Origin: Podarcis erhardii | Lineage: Eukaryota | Reading direction: 5' to 3' (one strand) | NCBI GenBank assembly: GCA_964252035.1 | Contig: OZ176207.1 | Length of the DNA stretch: 64,000 nucleotides | Notes under the pieces: generated by a model | Databases searched by the model: none | What the model was told of the DNA's origin: nothing | Seen by the model: only the letters and a program-made list of their open reading frames with translations | Translations under genes and position numbers: made by a program | In this document: one piece after another, positions 1 to 13,073 of the stretch | How the letters are laid out: every line of letters begins with the position of its first letter | Numbering within the stretch: position 1 is the stretch's first letter

Positions 1-548
1 ATGTTGTGTGGGCAGAGTGACAAGAGGCTAATTGTTTTGGTGAAGTGCGCACTTGCAGCATTGTGATTGTGTGTGCAAACATGCTAAAAACTGAAAATGT
101 GTTTATTGTGATCTCTCTCTCTCTATATATATATATGCTCAGGATTTTCATCTGCCACAATGCCTTTATGAACCAGGACCTTACTACATCTTAACAAGAA
201 AATATATCAGTGCAGTGGTCTAAGATTGAAATGTCAAGCACAAACACTAAATTGAATAATCTACTGATAAAAGGAAAGATTAAATGTGCCTAAATCCTGA
301 TTTCTGTGAGAGTCAGGAAGAAAATTTTCCTGGGTTGCATCCACAGTTAATTGAGTGATTAAAGCATAACTAGCACTTCAAACTATTTTTAATACAATTT
401 GAACACGCTTGCCTCTTAATATAAAGCTCCAGCTCATAGGACCATCAATTGCTTATTTAGATAAACTCAGCTATTGGTTTAACGTTTTGTTTACTGTCGT
501 AAAGAGTGAAGTTGTTAAACACAAGAGGGACATATGTGTATTTTTCAG

Positions 549-691
549 TTTACGTGTGAACCTAGATATGGGCAAAGCAGCCTATGGATGGATGATTATG
601 AAAGATGACAATATACCTGGAACAGTTGTCCGAACAAGCACCATACCTGAAGAACTAGGTCGTCTGGTGTATCTACTGACTGATAAAACAG
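549..691 (+). CDS. ATP9B: ATP9B coding exon (1 of 18 in window; about exon 13 by human numbering), contains the DKTG phosphorylation motif
   Basis: tttttcag|T acceptor and G|gtac donor; encodes (S)[47 protein letters not shown](G), matching the recalled class II P4-ATPase sequence. Confidence 0.97.
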
Positions 692-1550
692 GTACAACTT
701 TTAACTGTATTCTATGAATGAATGTTATTTATAGAATTAGTGCTGTTGATATATTTCCTGATTTGGGTGCCCCAGTCTAAACGTTGTAAGATCGGTTACC
801 GTGATAGAACACCTGTTACTTTAAGTTAAGCTAATGTTTTAACTATGTGTTTATGACCAAAGTCCAATAAAAGAGAAAAACATCCCTTGCCTCTCTGTGG
901 ATACAAAAGGGCAATATGTAGAAAAAAGAGATACCATTTTTATACTAGAAATGCTCACAATAATTATTTGTTTGCCCTATGAGATAGATTTACTGTTCCA
1001 TTTTACAGGGGATGACTGAAAATGAAAATGACTTGCCCAAAATTTCAAACAAAATCTCCCATGTTGTTGGTCATTTCTGTTTTGATATGAATAAAGGGGG
1101 GGGGGACACTCATCCCTTGGTGTGGCCATGGTTTAAGTCCTTTGCAAATATGTACTTCTGCATTTCCACAGTAGTTTAAAAGATACTTGGCTTGTGCAAT
1201 AATGTGTACTGTTTCACCATTAAAATGTGGATGTTCAACTTAAAACAAATTATTGTGATTTTTTAAAAAAGACCACCCAGTTTAATGATATTTTGATGGG
1301 GTTGTCCCACTTAACCCCATCCCAAAAGTGGGGTTCCCTGTATCGAAAATGAGAAGAGAATAATGAAAATAGCTTGCAAAACACGGTGGCTCTAGCTTCT
1401 CTTGAAATGATTAAGTATTATTTGTAGAATCTAAGGAGCATTACATTACTAACATAATTGCAAGGTAGTCCTTTGTATGATTGTAAATTGGGTTTGTGCT
1501 TCATCAATAAGCTTTTTGACAAGAAGCGTCCATCACAGTGGCTCTCTCAT

Positions 1551-1715
1551 NNNNNNNNNNNNNNNNNNNNNNNNNNNNNNNNNNNNNNNNNNNNNNNNNN
1601 NNNNNNNNNNNNNNNNNNNNNNNNNNNNNNNNNNNNNNNNNNNNNNNNNNNNNNNNNNNNNNNNNNNNNNNNNNNNNNNNNNNNNNNNNNNNNNNNNNNN
1701 NNNNNNNNNNNNNNN
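1551..1715. other. Assembly gap (165 N)
   Basis: Run of N. Confidence 1.
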
Positions 1716-1807
1716 TGCGTGAAACATAAAGTAATTCATTCGACAAGAGAAGACATCTGTTAACTGCAAGGATGCAGAGCATATTGACACTGACCAGAAA
1801 TACTAGA

Positions 1808-2131
1808 NNNNNNNNNNNNNNNNNNNNNNNNNNNNNNNNNNNNNNNNNNNNNNNNNNNNNNNNNNNNNNNNNNNNNNNNNNNNNNNNNNNNNNNNNNNNN
1901 NNNNNNNNNNNNNNNNNNNNNNNNNNNNNNNNNNNNNNNNNNNNNNNNNNNNNNNNNNNNNNNNNNNNNNNNNNNNNNNNNNNNNNNNNNNNNNNNNNNN
2001 NNNNNNNNNNNNNNNNNNNNNNNNNNNNNNNNNNNNNNNNNNNNNNNNNNNNNNNNNNNNNNNNNNNNNNNNNNNNNNNNNNNNNNNNNNNNNNNNNNNN
2101 NNNNNNNNNNNNNNNNNNNNNNNNNNNNNNN
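1808..2131. other. Assembly gap (324 N)
   Basis: Run of N. Confidence 1.
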
Positions 2132-3299
2132 GAATCACATATAAGTTTGACAGAAAGGCGTCATCCATTACTTGGGGTGGGGGACTCTTTGCAGTGTGTT
2201 TTCCAAGGGCAGCTGAGCATGACATTTTAGTCTCTCGAGGGCACAAGAAGTTCCTAACAACAAAAAGAAAGAAAAAGATATTTGGCAATATGTATTGAAT
2301 GTTTTTGACATCTAGAGTCTGATACTGCAACTTCCCTGCCCTTCCTGACAGCAACCACAGTATTCAATTATAACAAACACAAACCATCTTCCAAGCACAG
2401 TTATTTACTAATGCATACGCTCGCATTTGAGTGCTGTAATTAACATTTTAGCGGCTGTGTGGACCAAATGAGATACTTAGCACATGTAATAGTTGAACAG
2501 ATGCAGAGAGTAATGGAATTCATAATCTTCTGGGGAAGCCCTGTATTAGGGACTAATGTGTTAACAGTGGAGGTTTGTGTTTAAAATTAATCTGGAGTTA
2601 ACATATGTTAAGCTTTGCATGAAGAAAACCAGGGGTACCACTTTATGAGATTAATGCAGACCACAGGCTTATTATCCTGGGCATCCACAATAAGAGCAAG
2701 AATCCATTGGAAATGCTCATGTCACTTCCACTTCTACATGTTTTGGGAATGCTTTATAATATTCAGTCGTTCCATAACTATTAGAAACTGGAGAGCCTCC
2801 ATATGTACATATATTCTCTCTGAGAGAATTTGTTCCTTATGAATCCTCCTATGTAACTCACTATTCTTTCATCACAGGAGTGATGAATGGAGACAGCTAG
2901 AACAGGAATACTCTTCCTTTGAGAAAAGCACTTCTCAGTAATATCTAGATAAGTCTCTCTTTTGAGTGAAAGGCATAGCAATGTTCTTACAGATATGTTC
3001 TTAACAATATAGTTATGCCAGACTGTCATCTACCCTCTCACATCTACTTCGGGGAAGGAAAGAGTGATAATGAGCAGAGTGAACACACATCTGTGTTTTT
3101 TGCATATATGATGCCATAGTGGCACTAATTCAGATGTAAAAAATTGAGTAGGAGGACATATACACACATGATGTTTTGCTTTTTGGAGTCACAGGTTTGC
3201 TACAATGAAAGCAGTTGACAAGAAAAGACTTAAGGATAGAACGGATGTCAACTCCATCACTAGATGTCAGGGACTGTCTGGACACTGAGGAGTGGTGGC

Positions 3300-4650
3300 T
3301 GGATACTAATGACTGGGCACCAGGAGAAGGGGGGTTGGAGACTGACTTGGAAGAAGGGATCACTTGCAGATAGCTGAGATTCAGCTTTTGCAAGAGCTGT
3401 AAATGAGCAAGATCTATGACATATGAAAAGTAGAAGGACACAAGAGGCTTGGCATACAGTTGAATACAGGAAAGCTGATAAGTGGATTTCATTGCAACAT
3501 GTTGTGCACCATCACAGTTAGGTTTAGAGGATTCTGCAGTGCCACCAAGCCAACCCAAGGCCAAATATATATTCTTCAGGTTCTCAAGAACCCTCATAGT
3601 CTGAAAAGTAGGGAAAAACCCCTTCTTATTTAGATAGACAGTGATTTGTGCCTTCCTGTGAGGTACCCATACTAGATCCAAAAAAATAACAAACACAGAT
3701 CGTAAGCAGGGAAATGGGGATGAGAAAGGCAATGAAAGGATAATGGCTAAAGCTAGAGAAGCGAGCTCCAGCAGCAGTTGAGGGTATTAGAGCATCTTGA
3801 AGACGCAGAGCAGCTTTCTGGATATGTCCCAAAAAGCTGATCTGCCTGAGGATATGAGTGAAGGGGCTTATCAGTGTGTGGTGACCTGAATTTGTGACGG
3901 GGTTTTCACTGGTGTCCAGGAATGAGCAAGGTAATATTAAATAAAATACAGAAGTTATGAGTAGTTGTCAGGGTTCACATCAATTAAATTTCCTGCCACA
4001 GAGTTGTAGCAGATTCAAACAGACATCTTAACCAATCATATTGTGTACCCCTGAGCTTGTATTTCCCAGGAAATAACATAAGAGGGTGCTAACTTTTAAT
4101 TAGAGTGCAGTATTCTTACTGAAGGAAAGCTATCACTTGCAAGGAATAATTAATGGCTGGATTAGTGGCATTTTCTGCATTAGATGTGGCACTGGGTTTG
4201 TGTGGTTAATTAGCTTTGCATGTACGTATCTCATTATGCATATTGTTAGTAACTTTGGGGGCATTGTTGTCAGCACAATGTTCCCCACCTTTGATTTAGA
4301 TAATTAGTAAAAGTTCTTTATACTTATACCACCTACCATCTTGGTCTCCTGGAAGAACTACCTTGTTCCTATGGACTGGATAAGGAGCTACATCATTGCT
4401 ATTGCTGTAGGGCTGTCAAACATTAAGACCCAAGGGGCTTTTAAAGAGGCTCTGAGTCTGCAATGCTTGATCCAAACTGCTGGGCAATACTCAGATTTGG
4501 GGACCTGCTGCTCCTGCTTCTTTGCTTTTTTTAGGGCAAGCAATGGCATCTTGAAAGAAGTTTTAGATGGTAGGGAAGTGGAAACTGGAATTTTTAGAAG
4601 CAATTTATGAAAGAGTTGTGAAGTAAGTGTGGCTGGTGTTGTCTGTGGGC
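3300..4650 (-). mobile_element. Highly decayed Penelope-like retroelement fragment
   Basis: Minus-strand remnants in the expected order: KGG[+1]NIVL (about 4270-4295, cf. DKGGAIVI), FLDT (about 3910-3925), possible CPS of GIY-YIG (about 3435); many stops and frameshifts. Confidence 0.4.
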
Positions 4651-5369
4651 TATTTTTATAAGTTAGTCACTGATCTGTTACTGGCTCACCATTAAAATTG
4701 GGAAGTTTGTGTGTGACCCCTGTACAGGGTTGAGGTTGAGAGATTTTGGTTCTCCAACCTTTTTGAGTTTGATGCCTGAGTGCTAGATGTTCTTGAAAAT
4801 ATCACACCAATTAAGCAACTGTTTACACAATATGAAAGGTTATGTTCTCTTGCAACTCCTAGCAAAGTTGCTTATAATTACCTAAGCAGTATTTGCTTGT
4901 TTCATTGTGGCTTTATTAGAATTTTGGTATTAGGCCAAACTAGCATCTAGTAATATTTAATCAGAGATCTCTGCATCTGCTTTAAGAAAACTTTCCTGGT
5001 ATTCTGTTGTGAACTGCATCTGTTGTCACCCATGGAATGATGCCTGCAGGACTTTATCTTTAGAAATTAATTTCTTATTTGCCTGCTTTCTTCTGTGTTT
5101 AATGATACACTCATAGACAAAACTCGTTGCTTCATTAAAGAGCATTAAAAATTCGCTGTAACAATCCCACACAAACTTTTTGTTTAAGATACTTTCCTTA
5201 TGTGTTAAATGAGTGTCTTTTGATCATTTGATGGCTGCTGTGCCCGCTTTGTGTCTTTGAAACCTCTGTTCAAACTAGCAAACCTCACCAATTAAAGGTT
5301 CTGTAATTTACCATTTACGATGAGCTATATGAAATTAACATTTTAGTATAACTGCTGTAAACCTAGGGT

Positions 5370-5580
5370 GCAAGAGGAACAGACTTATGCTTGTGCAATG
5401 GGACTTAATCTTCCTTTCTCCCCCACTGCAGCATTACTTGCACTCTCAATCTCTGCTTCAGGGGATAGGGAAACCCTCCATAGTAGATTCTGGCAATGCA
5501 CAGGGGGCTGCAGGGAGGAGAGGAGGAAACGAAGCCTTGTGCGAGCGGTAGTTTGCTTGTGCACCATTGGATTCTGTCCC
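5370..5580. repeat. Unclassified short interspersed (MITE-like) repeat, copy 1
   Basis: 5459-5515 resembles the reverse complement of 14455-14512 (gcacaggggg..gctgcag core). Confidence 0.4.
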
Positions 5581-8500
5581 TATTTTCAAAGGTATAAATG
5601 AAAATTAAATTGTAATTCTTTGTTCTACTTCATGGTCTCTGTGCAGGCAGACATGTGTTATCTTCCTATATACCGGTAGATTGGGATTCAGGATCCTGCA
5701 AGCTAGTATTTGCAACCTGTCAGCTCTAGTGGGGTAACCCACCTGCATTGAGCATAGTTTTAACTATGGAAAGGCAGCATACAAATAAAATGATTATGCT
5801 TCAAGCAACAGAATTTTGAACCAGTGCTGACTGCCCTCAATAGTCTGGTTATCCTACCTACAGTTGCACCCTCCACCATATATATGCCTGCACAAAGAAG
5901 AAAACTATGTTGCTTATACGTAACCAGTTACATCTGTGCAGTTACACAGTTCCATCCTCCTTCCCAGCTTCAGACATTCCATTTATTTGCTTCTACATCA
6001 AACTAGAGAAAAGACAGAAATGAACAGCACTTGCCCTGCTCTTTGAATCACACATATGAGGAGGACATTTCCCCGCTCAGAGGCTTTGGATCACTGTTAG
6101 CATTTGCTTTTCGTGCACTGTATTGCAGTCATGAGCCATGACTACTGATTCAATAAATCTACTTTGATTTTAAAATGATTGAAAATGATTGAAAAATGAT
6201 GCAAAAGTTGGCACCTTCTGAACTTCAGATCATCTATACTATTAAGTAAACTTGCTAATAATTTACTATGCTTGCTTCATGGCACAACTGCAGCACTAGT
6301 TTTAAACTTGTAAAGTTTTCTACGTCCTGGGTATTGCATACCTCATAAAATACCTCTTTGTTTACCTATATCAAATCAGCTGAGGAAAGCTTGCTTTGTC
6401 TATTTCCAGGTTTTACAGTGATGGAATGAACTCCATGAGCATATCTTCTAGTGTTAAATTCTGCTGGCACATTAGGATGGTTTGTAAACACACTGCATAT
6501 GCTTATACTCATTAATTTCAGTGAGACTAAGTGCACATAATTGGATGCAGCATCACGGCACATAGTGATTGATGCCTCACTGAAGGAAACTGCAGAAATT
6601 CCATTGATTATTATGGTTCTGGACTGAACTCTAAATATGCACTTTAATTTATTATAAATACATCCGTGTGTGAAATGGAATAAAGTTACTTCTCCAAAGA
6701 CATGTTACAAACTGATTTGGTCTGATAATTGTATGATCAAGAGTAAGTCATGAATATTGTACAAATCAAGGGAAGGGGGAAGTTGAATCCGTGCCATGTG
6801 CAGTTGGAAAGAAAGATCTAAATCAGACAACCATGAACATACCTCAAGAGCACAAATAGAGGTGTCCCCTTTTGGGTGCAAAAGCTGCATGTTAACTGTC
6901 TAAACAATATCCAATCTCAGAACAGTAATTATAGTGTTTCCAGTGCTTTAGCATTCTTCTTTCCTATGACGCTGTGTTTAGCTGACATACTGAGAGAGAG
7001 CATGAGATCAAAGCTAAGACTTAAATTTACAGAAAAGAATATTTTCTGTTTTCCAAAAGGGTATTGAGCTGTATCTTATGTTAGTCACCGTTTCCCATAC
7101 TTGTATTAAAATAATTTTCTGAAATAGCCCTTATTATTTCATATCTTTCAGAAGCATTATGTTAGAATGCTTAGAAACAGAAGAGAGGGAAGAGGTTAAT
7201 TAATAATACATCCTGGGGAATTGTTAAATGACAAAAGTAACTTCAGTTTCGCCATGGTTCAAAGAATGGGATCATTCACCCTGTACTGAGGCTTAAATAA
7301 CATGGTATGCAAACTTCCTTGACTGAATTAGCACATGAACCTGTCCAGTGATGACTTCTGGCCTCTGCTTCATCATCGCACCCTGCATCACCCAACCTTC
7401 AATTAAAGCTTTCTTGGAATCAAGCATGTCACCGTTGACAGCGGTGAACATAATGTCACTCGTTGACTGACACCCTGTAGTTTCTTGCAGATCGGAAGTG
7501 ATCTCTAAAAGCATACTATTTATGTCGATTCTGAAATTCAAGGCTTAGTACCGATTACAGGCTAAATTTGTTGAAATGGGAAGTGGTGATAATTCCCAGT
7601 GACCTGTTTAAGACAACATGGTATCTGGATTTTATTTTTGCCACATGGTATTTTCCACACATTTTCCCAAGTGGTTGTCAAAATGTTCTTTTTCTGCAGT
7701 TCTTGATTAATGTGGACATTATTGTAACTGTGAGTGCTGTGCAATATGAGAAACATAAGCATGCTTAAATCTCATTGGAAGACATTGAATGTATACTGGA
7801 GTGCCTTACTGTTCGAATAATTTCAGACACTCACTACTCTGGATAAAATATAAATTAAAGCATTGTATACTTTTTTTCTGTAGCACAGATAGTGAAATTA
7901 TAGAAGTGTGAAATCTGTCACAAAGGTCCAGAAAATTATACACTCAAGTATTTTAGGATTGTCGTATTTTTTAACAGTTAGATGTTGTGTTAACTAATGA
8001 AGGCTGTAGCCAATCAGTTAGTGACAGTATCTTAAAATGTTTGTATATGTGCATATTTCCACATCCAAATTGGCAATGTTTTTCATCTAGGTTCTTTTGC
8101 ATCAATAAATGTGATCTACTCTTAGATAATTTACTGATGTAATTTACTCTTAGATAATTTACGGATGCATTTTTGTTTTTTTAAAGCTAGAGTTCAGCAG
8201 CTGCCCATGTTAAGATTCCTATAACACATAATGTAACCCCATTTCTAGCTTTTTGATGTGTGTACAGCACAAGCAGTCTGTCCTAACCAGGCTGAAGGTG
8301 AGTCCTGGGTGCAGTTTCCATGTCCTTTTCCATCTATTCACATTCTTTTATTAATAAAAAAGGATGGGCTAGACAGAGATTTCAAGACTGTGCCAAGAAC
8401 CCCTATTCCCCACAACAGCTTGACAAGTGCTTATGCATAAAGGTGTGGAGGGGAAAACTGGACTGTATTATGCCCTCTGGGGACAACTTAGTACTGTGAA

Positions 8501-8922
8501 CACTTAAAATAAATGGAGCCATGTTTGTTTAAATAATAGTTCAAGTGAAAATATATATATATATATACATTCCCACTATCCAGACTGAGTGCTTTAAAAC
8601 AAAACACAAAACTATGTATTCAGTAGCGTTGTCAGGTCTTACTAGAGAACCAGAGTTAATTTCTAGTCTGGATAGGGGTATCTGCTGTTCAGCTCAACTA
8701 CCTTGAGAATACTGGAGCTTGACAATTATATTCTAAACCTGAGCCTAATTTCACAGCAGCCTTCATGTTCTGTTTATTACTCCCAGGTAAGTGGGTATAG
8801 GATTGCAGTTTTACTGAGATACATTTAAAAAAGCCAGTAACATGGGAGGCTCTTTAGGATGGCAGAAAGTTCCCATAAAGAAACTGATTATTTGAGCTGG
8901 ATATTTGATGTTTATATTACAG

Positions 8923-9035
8923 GTACACTTACCCAGAATGAGATGATATTTAAACGCCTCCATCTCGGCACTGTGTCATATGGAACAGATACGATGGATG
9001 AAATTCAGAATCATATTATCAATTCCTATTCCCAG
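8923..9035 (+). CDS. ATP9B: ATP9B coding exon
   Basis: ag|GT..CAG|gtatt; (G)[37 protein letters not shown]; phase fits the previous exon. Confidence 0.97.
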
Positions 9036-9624
9036 GTATTTTGTGCTTGTCACTTTCCTTACTACAATTGTAAAACAATCTCAGAGCCAAATATAGGTTT
9101 TAGAAAAATGTGTACTATGAAAAAATGCTCTTGATGTTCATTGTGTTAATTTTACCAAGTTGGTCAGAGCTGCAAGATCTTCCTTCATGCTTGCATTGCA
9201 AAAAAAGGGTCCTGAAACACAGCAGTAACAAGAACTGCAAAGTTCACTTCCCTCACCACAACATACCTCCTGTCATCTCAAACCAATCTACTTTAGTATA
9301 AGACCATCAGACTGCAGTAGCGGAGGGTGGGGTGGCAGCACTTACTGACGTCCTGCCACCAGTGTCACTGCAGATACTGGGAGTGGGGAGGCGGTGGGGA
9401 GGTTGGTGCAGTGCCAAGATATGGTATCTTATTTTGCTGAAAAGTCCGATTTTTCAAAAAGTTTTTTATTAAAAAATGTCCCATTCTTTCATCCCAGTTT
9501 ATATTTTTATAAACATCTCCAGGACTTCTGTTAAAGAATTTTTCAAGCTCTCAACTAATAGTCTTCACCCAGAGTGATTATTTCATATACTTTCAGCACA
9601 GAATGCTCCAGTACTTTTAACCCC

Positions 9625-9745
9625 ATTATACAGATGTAGGAAAACAACTGAGATGGGGGTTTGCTTGAGGCACCAAGTGAGTTCATGCCTAAGGAAAGAT
9701 TTAAACTGGGAACTTCTCTGGCTCATAGTTCTCTGTGCTATACAA
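9625..9745 (-). mobile_element. MIR/CORE-SINE fragment
   Basis: cccattatacagatg..aactgaga..gcaccaagtgagttcatg..gatttaaactggg resembles the MIR core. Confidence 0.4.
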
Positions 9746-11608
9746 ACTAAGCAAACTCCAACCATTTTAATGAAACCTACCATAGACTACTGATAAGTGG
9801 TACCATCTCCCTCCTGTGACATCTTTTTCATTTTACAAGGTTTTAACTTTCAGATAATTTAAAACATCAATGTTACTTTTTTATTTGGTTTCTGTATGTG
9901 GTCTTCTTCCCTCCTTTAAGTGCAGTGGGGTTTGCACGTTCTACAGAACAGATCCATATGAGAAGGCCAAAGTATGTTTCTTAATTTGGGATACCTGTTT
10001 GGGATACCAATATATTCCCTTTGTAAGAAAAACAAAAATTCTTCCAACCTCATGTATGTAAAAAAATATCTAACATGAATCCATAGAAGTTTAATTGAAA
10101 CTGAGATTTAGCTGATAGTTGTTAGTGCATGCATACATTATGCTGCTGTTACAACCACCAGGCAGAAAGGTCTGTTTTATTTACCTGATACATCCTCATT
10201 CTTTTTCAAAGCCTAAACTAACTTTGAAATGAAGAATAGAGAACAAACTGGAGGATTTTAGCATATTTAAATTCAAAAGCTTTGCAATTAAAAAAGCAAC
10301 ACATGATAGTTTCTTTCGCTTGAGAAAGAATTATTTTATTAGTACAATTTCTCTCCTGACCCCCAGTTATAAATATCCTAATAAACAAATTTACTTCTGC
10401 CATATTTTATTAGTATGAAAAATGGAGAAATGGCCATCATTTGATAAATAATGGTTTAATAGTTGTTGCTTCCAAAAGTATGTATGGCATATTCTTTTAT
10501 TTAAGCAATGATTATTAAAGCAGCCAGTTATACAGTAGTTCTTGCGTGGCATTGATTTTTCCCCTTGTTTGTGTTCAGTTTTATTATTAAGATGACAATA
10601 GTCAAGTAGGTCCACTCTAATGCAACACACAAATCTATTATAACCTGATTATATTTCCCCACTGGAAGCATTTTGTGATAGAGGGCATAATCTTTAATGG
10701 AATTTGTGTGAAATTAAATTATACAAGCATCAATAAACATAACATAATTCAGAAGGAGTAAATCAGCTTAATTTATTTGTGGCTATAATGGCATCAGTGT
10801 TAGCAGAATGTAAATGCAAAGGTTTAAAGCAGTAGCTGAAAAGCAGTGCCAGATGATCAGAAAGTTAAACCCTTTATTATACTACACTGTAATTTGATGG
10901 GCAGAATATTCACGGTTCAGTGGATCAGTACATGGAGTCAAAAAGAAATGCTTGCTTGCCAAACGGGGTTTCAGTGGTGTTACCCTATAGAGAACAAAAA
11001 GTTGGTTTGAAAATACAAGTGAGGTGAGATGAATTGTTTAGTAATAATACTAGCTTAAAATATCTCTTTCCAAGAAGTATTAACATGAGCATACATTATC
11101 TTGGAACTCTTCCTGTGTTAACTTTCCTGATTCATACTCTTAAAGTACATATTGAAAACAGCCTGAAGCCACAAGGTTTTATAATGTGTGGATAGCCAAC
11201 TCCTTAAATGCAGTCTGTCCTGGCCACCTTTGACAGCTTGGAAGGTGCAAAGAAACATCTTCTGGCTTTCCCAGTACCCCTCTTGGCAACACATCAGGAA
11301 AAGTAACATGAAAAATTACCCTAAAGCAGTACATCCCTGCTTAATGGAAGAGTCAGGTGTAATTTTCTATTCTCCATCCCCCAGCTTTATAAGAAAGCGT
11401 GTAACTTGAAACTCTGTTAAATTCACTATATCCCTCAATATTTTGAGGAGCAATATTTTGCAAGTCACTTTGAAGAATTTGTCTGAAATATATTCATTTC
11501 CTACTGAAATTATAAGGCCTAGGGAAGCTTAATAAAGAGGACACCATAACAAAGAGGTTTTAAAACTCAGGAAGGTACCAAGTGAAGACAATATACAGAC
11601 ACCTAACC

Positions 11609-12131
11609 CAGAGTTAGGGAACCTCTGACACATATACCTTATTAGGCCCTTCACAAGTCTCCAATAGGCCCATGAGATCATTTCCCACAAACCATGCCTG
11701 TTCTACACCTGATGTCATATGCAACATCAGGTGTGGGGCAGGTAAGGACATGGTGCCAAAGGAACAATCCAGAGTTTAGAGTGAGCTCCAGTTGTTTGTT
11801 TGCAAGTGGGACTCACTGAAAGCTCTGATTGGTGCTGACAGAGAGCAACACTGGGATTGGTAGCACTAGGGAGTCTACTACCAGGAAGTCCCTAGTGTAG
11901 CCAAAGAGGCACAGGGTTTGCAAGGGCCAACAAATCAGATGGCTGACACTTTCAAAGTGCTGGGCTTTGCCTGCTATGGTTTGATTTCAAACGGGCAAAG
12001 GAAAATGGGTCACTTGATATCATGGTGACATTAGGCTAGGGACAGCCCCATCTGCTTGTCAAAAGTGGCTTGTAAGTGGGTAGGAAAGATAAGGATCCAG
12101 CCTATCAGCTGAATCCAGTTCTCCATCCCTG
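11609..12131. mobile_element. Old non-autonomous hAT element
   Basis: Degenerate TIRs CAGAGTTAGGGAACCT and CAGTTCTCCATCCCTG; 8-bp flanks acctaacc / ctataacc. Confidence 0.45.
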
Positions 12132-12511
12132 CTATAACCTGTCAGGTATTCTTGGCAAGAAACTACAGATTCAACTCATACCTGTAATGCAGGGATGGGG
12201 AAGCCTTTCATTCCCTCAGGCTTCATTCTTTTGTGGCCAATTTCCAGGGGCTGTTTTCCAGTGGTTGGTGTGTTCACAGGTGAAAGTGGGCAGAGCAATG
12301 GATGTGAGTTTTGCCTTTGTAGAGTAGACTGCTTATGACAGAAGCCATAAGTTTCCACCCACCCACGTATAGATAAATGTAGATATATGGCCAGCTATCC
12401 TCATTCCACAAAGAGGCCTGGAAGGCCAAGCCTGAAGTTTCTCACCCCTGCTTCAATATATATATGAGCTATATTTTTATTTGATCTGCTTATTCTGTGT
12501 ATATTTTAAAG

Positions 12512-12760
12512 GTGCACTCCCAGTCAAGTGGAAATGGTACAAGCTCAACACCTTCCAGAAAGATGCAGTCTTCTGCACCAAAAGTTCGCAAAACTGTCAG
12601 CAGTCGAATACACGAAGCAGTAAAAGCTATTGCATTGTGTCACAATGTTACACCTGTATATGAATCCCGAGCAGGAGTGACTGGAGAAACAGAATATGCT
12701 GAGGTAGATCAGGACTTCAGTGATGAAAACAGAACTTACCAAGCTTCTAGCCCTGATGAG
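12512..12760 (+). CDS. ATP9B: ATP9B coding exon (N domain)
   Basis: aag|GTG..GAG|gtaag; [27 protein letters not shown]...CHNV...YQASSPDE; 249 nt. Confidence 0.96.
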
Positions 12761-12837
12761 GTAAGGCTTCCATCATAATTTTTATATTTTCAACTAAGTT
12801 GTGATATTTATATTTGTCACTTGCTACAGAAAATGTA

Positions 12838-13073
12838 CAGGGTGAGCTCCCGTTGTTCAACCCCAGCTCCTGCCCACCTAGCAGTTCAAAACCATGCCAA
12901 GTGCAAGTAGATAAATAGGTACCGCTCCGGCGGGAAGGTAAATGTTGTTTCTGACCCAGAAGCTGTCTCCGGACAAACGCTGGCTCCCTCAGCCTATAGA
13001 ACGAGATGAGCACACAACCCCAGAGTCATCTGCAACTGGACTAATGCTCAGGGGTACCTTTGCCTTTACCTTT
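12838..13073 (+). mobile_element. 5'-truncated, diverged Sauria SINE
   Basis: gtgcaagtagataaataggtaccgctccggcgggaaggtaa core and (cctttac)n tail. Confidence 0.85.

Noticed and set aside
409-717. 102-aa ORF as a standalone gene
   Set aside because: Only 549-691 is coding (an ATP9B exon with splice sites); the rest is intron read-through. The same applies to the ORFs at 8859, 12497, 19000, 27452, 28161, 29232, 29639 and 30935.
1458-2354. ORFs spanning the N runs
   Set aside because: They are artefacts of assembly gaps translated as X.
3130-3732. 200-aa minus-strand ORF as a nested gene
   Set aside because: No recognisable domain, no splice or promoter support, and it overlaps a probable decayed Penelope-like element.
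7348-7470. Intronic box C/D snoRNA (GTGATGA at 7348, CTGA at 7467)
   Set aside because: No terminal stem flanks the boxes and I see no recognisable rRNA guide. GTGATGA at 2880 likewise lacks a nearby D box.
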